From the NCBI GenBank assembly GCA_900769695.1, contig CAAGHO010000055.1:2900-66899 (forward strand): a DNA stretch of 64,000 nucleotides. Direction: 5' to 3'. The DNA comes from Bacilli bacterium (GTDB lineage Bacteria > Bacillota_I > Bacilli_A > RF39 > UBA660). The position numbers and the translations under genes are program-made. Each line of letters opens with the position of its first letter. Within the stretch, counting starts at the first letter, position 1. Positions 57,712 through 64,000 of this stretch are shown in pieces. The notes under the pieces are model-generated. The model was not told where the DNA came from. It was given only the letters and a program-made list of their open reading frames with translations, and did no database searches.

Positions 57712-59067
57712 CTACTTTCCTACACAAAATCTTTCAAAAAGATTATCTATTATTTCATCACTATATGTTTTACCAGTAATCTGTCCAAGAATGTCAAAAC
57801 AATCTCTTAAATCTATTTCAATCATATCTACAGGTAAATTATCTTTTAGGCCTGTTTCAACATCAATTAATTTTTGATAAGCATTTTTAGCAAGTGATAT
57901 CTGTCTAACATTAGTTAAATAATTATAATCTTTTGTAGATATTTGTTCTAAATTAAACATTTCTTTTATTTTATCTTTTAAGGTGTCAATTCCTTCTAAA
58001 TCATTAGTATTGGTACTAACTAAGGTGTAATTTTCTAACTTATCTAATTCTATATTTCTTTCTAAATCATTTTTATTAAGAACAACAATAGTGTTTTTAT
58101 TTTTAGTTTTTTCAAGTAATTCTTGATCTTCCAAAGTTAATTTTTCATTACTATTTAAAACTACTATTATTAAATCAGCTTTATCAATAAGAGAAAGACT
58201 CTTTTCTACACCTATTTTTTCTACTTTATCCTCTGTTTGTCTAATACCTGCTGTATCAATAATATTTAAAACTATATTATCAAGCATTACTTGTCCTTCT
58301 ACTACATCTCTTGTTGTTCCAGCAATATCTGTTACAATTGCTTTTTCTTCATCTAAAAATTTATTTAAAATACTACTTTTACCAACATTTGGTCTTCCTA
58401 TTATTAAAGTATCTATTCCATTTTTGATAATTTTGCTGTTTTCACTTTCTTTAATTATATTTTCTAATTCCTGTTTCATAATTGTTGTTTCTTCTTTAAT
58501 CTTTTCTAACGTTACAACTTCTATATCATAATATTCTGGATAATCTATATTAACTTCAATTGAAGATATTAATTGTTTAATTTTATTTCTAAAATCATCT
58601 ACTAATTTTGATGTTTGTCCTTGTAGAGAATTGATGGCTAACTTTCTAGCACTTTCTGTCTTGCTTTCTAATAAATCCATAACTGCTTCTGATTTTGTTA
58701 AATCTATTCTTCCATTTAAAAATGCACGTTTAGTAAATTCACCAGGTTCTGCTAATCTTGCTCCTTTATTTAATAATATTTCTAAAACCTTATTAGTTGT
58801 AGTTATTCCACCATGACAGTTAATTTCTACAATATCTTCCGTTGTATAAGTATGAGGAGACTTCATTACTGAAACTAATACTTCATCTATTACTTCTTTA
58901 TTATCTTTAATAAATCCATAATTAATTGTATGAGTTGCAACTTTTTCTAAATCTTTACCTGAAAAAATAGAATTTGCAATCGAAATAGAATCTTTGCCAC
59001 TCATTCTAACAATTGATATAGCCCCTACTCCTAAAGCAGTTGAAATTGCCGCTATTGTATCATTCAT
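57712..59067 (-). CDS. mnmE: tRNA modification GTPase MnmE
   Basis: DTIAAISTA, GRPNVGKSS, DTAGIR, and the C-terminal CVGK. Confidence 0.96.
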   Translation of the reverse strand: MNDTIAAISTALGVGAISIVRMSGKDSISIANSIFSGKDLEKVATHTINYGFIKDNKEVIDEVLVSVMKSPHTYTTEDIVEINCHGGITTTNKVLEILLNKGARLAEPGEFTKRAFLNGRIDLTKSEAVMDLLESKTESARKLAINSLQGQTSKLVDDFRNKIKQLISSIEVNIDYPEYYDIEVVTLEKIKEETTIMKQELENIIKESENSKIIKNGIDTLIIGRPNVGKSSILNKFLDEEKAIVTDIAGTTRDVVEGQVMLDNIVLNIIDTAGIRQTEDKVEKIGVEKSLSLIDKADLIIVVLNSNEKLTLEDQELLEKTKNKNTIVVLNKNDLERNIELDKLENYTLVSTNTNDLEGIDTLKDKIKEMFNLEQISTKDYNYLTNVRQISLAKNAYQKLIDVETGLKDNLPVDMIEIDLRDCFDILGQITGKTYSDEIIDNLFERFCVGK

Positions 59068-59136
59068 ATAAACTCCTCCTTTTTTTCTTTCTTATTATAG
59101 CACACTATTTTATTTTTATATAGAAAAAAGAAGAAC

Positions 59137-59742
59137 TTAATCTTCTTTTGGTTTGATAACTACTGCTCTGTTAGGTTCTTCCCCTACACTTTCAGTATAT
59201 ACATATTTATAATCTTTTAAAGTATTATGAATTATTCTTCTTTCATAGGAATTCATTGAATCTAGTTTTGCTTCTACTTTAGTTGCTTTTACTTCTCTTG
59301 CAACATTCTTAGCAAGTCTTTCTAAATTTCTTTCTCTTTTGAATTTATATTCTCCTACATCAATAATAAATTTAAGTGAATGATTAGTTTCTTTTAACAC
59401 CATTTGGCTTATTATTGTTGATAAAGCTTGTAAATTCTTACCATTCTTTCCTATTACTAAGGCATCTTGATCTGACACAATTGTATATTTTGCTATATTA
59501 TTATCAACTTTAGTTTCAATATTAGCATTAATTCCCATATCTTTTAATAATTCATGAATCTTACTTTTAATGAATTTTACTACTTCTCTTTTTTCAATTA
59601 CTTCAATTTCAGTTTTTTTAAATAAGCCTGTCTTTGAAGATATTTCATTAATAATTAAATTTTCTTCTACTTCTTGTAAATCAATTATTGCTTCTTTAAT
59701 TGCATCTTCTTTTGTTTTTCCTACATAACTATGCTTTTCCAT
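59137..59742 (-). CDS. jag: RNA-binding protein Jag/KhpB (KH + R3H)
   Basis: A Jag N-domain, a KH-like middle, and R3H (SYERRIIHNTL). Confidence 0.88.
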   Translation of the reverse strand: MEKHSYVGKTKEDAIKEAIIDLQEVEENLIINEISSKTGLFKKTEIEVIEKREVVKFIKSKIHELLKDMGINANIETKVDNNIAKYTIVSDQDALVIGKNGKNLQALSTIISQMVLKETNHSLKFIIDVGEYKFKRERNLERLAKNVAREVKATKVEAKLDSMNSYERRIIHNTLKDYKYVYTESVGEEPNRAVVIKPKED

Positions 59743-60658
59743 GTTCTACCTTACTCCTTTTAACTAACATATTTTGGAATATTGTAAATAAATTAGTTGT
59801 AATCCAATAAATTCCTAGTGCAGATGGCATAAATAAAGCCATAAATATTATCATAAATACCATCATAACTGGCATCATTGCCATACTTGGATCTAAGGTG
59901 TTTCCTGTTGCATTAAGTTTAAATGAGAAATATGTTGTTGCGCCTATCAAAAGCATTAATACTATATAACCTATGATACTAGCTGTTGTAAATCCAACCA
60001 TTGGTGTTGTTCCAAGTTGTAATCCTAAAAATTTTCCTTCAAAAATTGCTGGTGTTCTTTGAACTGCTTCAAAAAATGCGATAAATAAAGGAAGTTGAAT
60101 CATTGAAAATAAACATCCAGACATAGGACTTATATTATACTTTTTATAAACCATCATCATTTCTTGACTTTGTCTTGTTAATGATTCTTGATCTTGTTTG
60201 TCCTTATATTTATTTTGAATTTTAGTTAATTCAGGTTGTGCTTTTTTCATTAATTCTGATTGCATTGCTGTTTTCTTTGTAAATGGAAAGGCAATCAATC
60301 TAATTAGTAAACTAATGATAATTAATGATACTGCATAGTTTCCTACTAATTTTCCTAGTTTTAAAAGAACGAAGGCTAGAGGTTTTACAAATATAGATGT
60401 CCATAATCCTTCATATTTACCACTATTTACTTTAAAATTATCACAATCAGGTAATTTTTCAACTTTTACTTTATTCTTTTCATATATTTTTATTGTATTT
60501 TTATTTGTTGGTTTACACAAAATATTTTGAGTTAAACTTTGGCCTGTTACATTATCTTTAACAGGTTTATTCTTACTATCAGTCAATGTTTTAGTACATC
60601 CTGTTATTAATAATAGTATCAACAAAATTAAAATTATCTTTATTTTTTGCTTCTTCAT
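59729..60658 (-). CDS. yidC: membrane protein insertase YidC/SpoIIIJ (lipoprotein)
   Basis: Lipobox LLITGC plus the 5-TM YidC core (PMSGCLFSMIQLPLFIAFF). Confidence 0.9.
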   Translation of the reverse strand: MKKQKIKIILILLILLLITGCTKTLTDSKNKPVKDNVTGQSLTQNILCKPTNKNTIKIYEKNKVKVEKLPDCDNFKVNSGKYEGLWTSIFVKPLAFVLLKLGKLVGNYAVSLIIISLLIRLIAFPFTKKTAMQSELMKKAQPELTKIQNKYKDKQDQESLTRQSQEMMMVYKKYNISPMSGCLFSMIQLPLFIAFFEAVQRTPAIFEGKFLGLQLGTTPMVGFTTASIIGYIVLMLLIGATTYFSFKLNATGNTLDPSMAMMPVMMVFMIIFMALFMPSALGIYWITTNLFTIFQNMLVKRSKVEHGKA

Positions 60659-60994
60659 TTAATTCTCCTTAAGTTTATTTGCTAATTCAAGAAATTTCTT
60701 TTCTAATTTTTCATGAGTATAATTTACTCCTGCTTTTCGAAAAAGAACAATATAATCCTTGTTTTCTTTTTCTAAAATATTTTTATTAGTTGTAATAATC
60801 ATCCTAATTTTTCTTTTGTACTTATTTCTAAATACAGCATTACCAAGTTTTGTACCTACTGATATTCCATAACGACTATGATCTATGTTGTTATCCTTAT
60901 AATATATGACAAAACAATTATTAGATACTGATTTACCAGTTTTAATTATTTTATTAAAGTCAATTTTACTTTTTACTATATCTTTTTTCTTCAT
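60659..60994 (-). CDS. rnpA: ribonuclease P protein component
   Basis: 111-aa basic protein (GISVGTKLGNAVFRNKYKRKIR) between rpmH and yidC. Confidence 0.9.
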   Translation of the reverse strand: MKKKDIVKSKIDFNKIIKTGKSVSNNCFVIYYKDNNIDHSRYGISVGTKLGNAVFRNKYKRKIRMIITTNKNILEKENKDYIVLFRKAGVNYTHEKLEKKFLELANKLKEN

Positions 60995-61046
60995 GTTATA
61001 GCCCCTATTCTATCATGTAAAAAAAACCACCGTTAAAACAAGTGGA

Positions 61047-61169
61047 TTATTTACATAGACTTTTACGTCCTTTACGACGACGATTATTTAATACATTAGT
61101 AAGTTTACGTGCAAAAAAACCATGTTTCTTAGCTTTTTTACGATTATTTGGTTGATATGTTCTCTTCAC
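61047..61169 (-). CDS. rpmH: 50S ribosomal protein L34 (GTG start, 40 aa)
   Basis: (V/M)[21 protein letters not shown]...[12 protein letters not shown] at 61169 follows 4 nt after GGAGGTGGAG. The track ORF start (TTG 61229) is an over-extension. Confidence 0.9.
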   Translation of the reverse strand: MKRTYQPNNRKKAKKHGFFARKLTNVLNNRRRKGRKSLCK

Positions 61170-61269
61170 TTTCTCCACCTCCAGACATAAATCTACATTA
61201 TTATAATAATAAAATCCTTGATTTGTCAATTAATTCTTTGATTTTTCTAAAGTTTCTAAATAATTCACA

Positions 61270-61401
61270 AATTCCACAGGACTGTGGATTCTACTTTTTA
61301 ACTTGTTTAAACAAAATCTGTGGAAAATGTGGAAAACTTAAAATTTTGTTATTATTCCTATATTTTAGTTGTTGATAATTTTGTGGAAATTCTGTGGATA
61401 T
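61270..61401. other. oriC part 1: DnaA-box cluster upstream of dnaA
   Basis: Boxes AATTCCACA 61270-78, TGTGGATTC 61283-91, TGTGGAAAA 61319-27 and 61328-36 (abutting), TGTGGAAAT 61382-90, TGTGGATAT 61393-401. An AT/T-rich tract follows at 61402-61440. Confidence 0.8.
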
Positions 61402-61485
61402 TAATTTTTTGATTTTTTTTATTTATTTTTTCAACAAATTAATGTACACTATTGGTAATTATTATGTTTTTGGGGAGATGGTTGT

Positions 61486-62877
61486 ATGAATGTCGATGTT
61501 TTATGGACAAATTTTTTAACGCAAGTTAAAGATGAACTATCCAGTCTAGCATATGATACTTGGTTTAAAGATACCAGTTTATATAAACTAGACAATGGAA
61601 AAGCAATCATTATTGTCCCTATGCAAATTCACAAAAAACATCTGGCAGATAAGTATTCCACATTAATTGTTGATAAATTAAATAACATAACGGGAACAAA
61701 CTTTGAACTAGACTTTATTTTAAGTGATGAAATAAAAGAACTTGAAGAAGAAAAAATAAAACAAAATACTATAAATGAAAGTGAAAATAGGGGAGTTCCA
61801 CCAAATTCTTTTCAATCTAATTTAAAAAGTAAATACACTTTCGATAACTTTATAGTAGGTAATAGTAATAAATTTGCTCATGCGGCAGCGTTATCTGTTG
61901 CTGAAAACCCTGGTAATATGTATAACCCATTATTTATATATGGAAATAGTGGACTTGGAAAAACCCATTTAATGCATGCAATAGGTAATTATATTACAAT
62001 GAATAGTAATCGCAAAGTATTATATGTTACTAGTGATCAATTTATTCAAGACTTTATTGGTATCAATAAACGTGATGAAAAAGGACAAAACTTTAATTAT
62101 GTGGACTTTTTTAAGAATAAATACCGTAATGTAGATGTTCTTATAATAGATGATATTCAATTTTTAGGTGGCGCTACTCAAACTCAACAAGAATTCTTTC
62201 ATACTTTCAATACTTTATACAATGATAGTAAACAAATAATAATATCATCTGATAGGTCACCTGATGACTTAAAATTATTAGAAGATCGTTTAAGAACAAG
62301 GTTTTGCTGGGGATTAACAGTTAATATTTTTCCTCCGGATTTTACACTTCGTACAGAAATTATTAGAAAAAAAATATCAGCAGGTAATTTTGAAAAAGAA
62401 ATACCTAATGATGTCATTGAATACATTGCTTCTAATATAGGAACAGATGTAAGGCAATTAGAAGGTTCTATTACAAGATTAATTGCTTATTCAACAATAA
62501 TGGGTGGGGTTGAAATTACTTTAGACCTTGCAATAGAGGCTTTAAAAGACTTTATAAATAAAGGAATTTCTGAAAAAAATGATATCCATAGAATCCAAAA
62601 AATAGTATCTGAATACTTTCAAATTACTGTTGAAGACATTAGGAGCAAAAAAAGAAGTTCTAATATATCTTTTCCAAGACAGATTGCAATGTATTTATGT
62701 AGAAACATGACTAGCGAATCCTTTCCTAAAATAGGAACAGAGTTTGGTGGAAAAGATCATTCAACTGTTATGCACTCAGTTGAAAAAATAGAACAAGAAA
62801 TAAAAGTTAATCCTGATTTAGCAAAGATAATAGATAAATTAAAAAATGATATTGGAAGTGGTATTGTTAATAAATAA
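61486..62877 (+). CDS. dnaA: chromosomal replication initiator protein DnaA
   Basis: GNSGLGKTHL Walker A, LIIDDIQFL, and domain IV (FPRQIAMYLCR...GGKDHSTVMH). Confidence 0.98.
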   Translation: MNVDVLWTNFLTQVKDELSSLAYDTWFKDTSLYKLDNGKAIIIVPMQIHKKHLADKYSTLIVDKLNNITGTNFELDFILSDEIKELEEEKIKQNTINESENRGVPPNSFQSNLKSKYTFDNFIVGNSNKFAHAAALSVAENPGNMYNPLFIYGNSGLGKTHLMHAIGNYITMNSNRKVLYVTSDQFIQDFIGINKRDEKGQNFNYVDFFKNKYRNVDVLIIDDIQFLGGATQTQQEFFHTFNTLYNDSKQIIISSDRSPDDLKLLEDRLRTRFCWGLTVNIFPPDFTLRTEIIRKKISAGNFEKEIPNDVIEYIASNIGTDVRQLEGSITRLIAYSTIMGGVEITLDLAIEALKDFINKGISEKNDIHRIQKIVSEYFQITVEDIRSKKRSSNISFPRQIAMYLCRNMTSESFPKIGTEFGGKDHSTVMHSVEKIEQEIKVNPDLAKIIDKLKNDIGSGIVNK

Positions 62878-62891
62878 AAATAGTAAACAAG

Positions 62892-62990
62892 TTTTCCACA
62901 TATAAAATTTTAGAAAAATTGTGATATAATAAAGAAAAAATTAAGTTATTAACTTTTTCCACAGTAATAATATAAAAAACATTTAAAAGA
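62892..62990. other. oriC part 2: DnaA boxes and AT-rich candidate unwinding region between dnaA and dnaN
   Basis: TTTTCCACA at 62892-62900 and 62955-62963. The second box is followed by G TAA TAA TAT AAA AAA (a DnaA-trio-like triplet run). Confidence 0.6.
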
Positions 62991-63004
62991 AAGAAGGAAT
63001 ATAT

Positions 63005-64000
63005 ATGAAATTAACAATTAAAAAGGACATTTTACTAGATGCTTTAAATAAAGTATCAAAAGCAATATCAACAAAAAATCTTATCCCTGTATTAGCAGGA
63101 ATTAAATTTGAATTAAAGAAAAAGAAATTAACTTTAACAGCAAGTGATAATGATATTACTATTCAAACTGTTATTAATATTAATAATGATGAAGATATCA
63201 AAGTAGAAAAAGAAGGATCTATTATTATTCAAGGAAAATATATTTTAGATATAGTTAGAAAACTACCTGATAAATATATTAATATTGAAGTAGTAGATGA
63301 ATTAAAAATATTAATTTACACAGAAAATAGTGAATTTAACTTAAATGGTATTAGTGAAGAAGAATATCCTAATATTAATTTAGATGAAAGTAAAACTCAA
63401 ACTTTAATTAAAAATAGTGTATTTAAAAGTATTGTTAATCAAACAGCATTTGCCTCATCTAATGAAGAAACAAAACCAGTTCTAACAGGAATTAACTTTA
63501 ATATAGTAGGGGATATTTTAGAATGTAATTCAACAGATTCTTATAGATTAGCAAGAAAAGTTGTTAAATTAGATAAAACAACTGATGAAAACTATAATAT
63601 AGTTATACCAAGTCATAATATAATAGAATTTTCTAGAATATTAGATGAAGACTTAGATGAAAATATTGAAATGCATATTTCAGGTAATAAAGTATTATTT
63701 ATATATAAGAATATCAAATTTCAATCTAGATTGATAAATGGAACTTATCCAAATACTTCTAATTTAATACCAAATGAAGAATTTTTAATAATATCAAGTA
63801 AATTAACTGATTTATATAATGTTATTGATAGAGCTAGTATCTTAACTAGTGATAAAGAAAAAAATACTGTTACATTGGAAACAAATGGTAATATTTTAAC
63901 ATTAAAATCTTCATCTCAAGAAATAGGTAGAGTAGAAGAAAAAATGGAAATCACTAAAAATAATGACGAAGATATTAGAATTTCATTTTCTGCTAAATAC
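63005..64000 (+). CDS. dnaN: DNA polymerase III beta sliding clamp (partial, runs off right edge)
   Basis: MKLTIKKDILLDALNKVSKAISTKNLIPVLAGIKFEL... is stop-free to the window end. RBS AAGAAGGAA. Canonical position after dnaA. Confidence 0.95.
   Translation, partial: MKLTIKKDILLDALNKVSKAISTKNLIPVLAGIKFELKKKKLTLTASDNDITIQTVININNDEDIKVEKEGSIIIQGKYILDIVRKLPDKYINIEVVDELKILIYTENSEFNLNGISEEEYPNINLDESKTQTLIKNSVFKSIVNQTAFASSNEETKPVLTGINFNIVGDILECNSTDSYRLARKVVKLDKTTDENYNIVIPSHNIIEFSRILDEDLDENIEMHISGNKVLFIYKNIKFQSRLINGTYPNTSNLIPNEEFLIISSKLTDLYNVIDRASILTSDKEKNTVTLETNGNILTLKSSSQEIGRVEEKMEITKNNDEDIRISFSAKY

Overview
This is an origin-proximal ~64 kb stretch of a very AT-rich, endospore-forming Firmicute chromosome. 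All family calls come from motifs read in the translations; no database search was possible. Right end: rpmH-rnpA-yidC-jag-mnmE-mnmG-rsmG-noc-parA-parB on the minus strand, DnaA-box clusters (61.27-61.40 kb and 62.89-62.96 kb), then dnaA and a partial dnaN on the plus strand. Gene orientation therefore flips at oriC, and almost everything to its left is minus-strand and co-directional with the leftward fork. The core backbone resembles Bacillus and Clostridium: ychF, rpsF-ssb-rpsR, a DHH phosphoesterase, rplI-dnaB, yycJ-rlmH, ung, a class A PBP, argS, rpoE, prfA-prmC-spoIIR, mntP, murA, rpmE, rpiB, mreB/mbl, tagO, hpf-secA, prfB (+1 frameshift), and ftsEX with a coiled-coil M23 hydrolase. A complete agr quorum-sensing set is present (agrB, an unannotated 40-aa agrD with core CLWLL, an AgrC-like kinase and a LytTR regulator). 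The most unusual region is a ~9.6 kb insertion (7.9-17.5 kb) between prfB and secA, which are adjacent in B. subtilis. It carries a Qnr-like pentapeptide protein and a candidate small RNA. It also carries a four-gene fibre module in which no protein has a signal peptide: a collagen-like protein with a C1q/BclA-like head, a 618-aa beta-helix/Ig/WxL protein, and two small beta-sandwich proteins sharing a C-terminal tail motif. I interpret this module as a candidate spore-surface appendage system, with a prophage tail-fibre remnant as the alternative. The insertion further holds a decayed RhuM gene, a ProRS without the INS editing domain behind a proline (CCU) T-box, and a 1.1-kb nearly gene-free segment packed with an 11-bp phased motif and a 21-bp inverted repeat. 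No rRNA, tRNA, CRISPR array or intact IS or prophage was seen.
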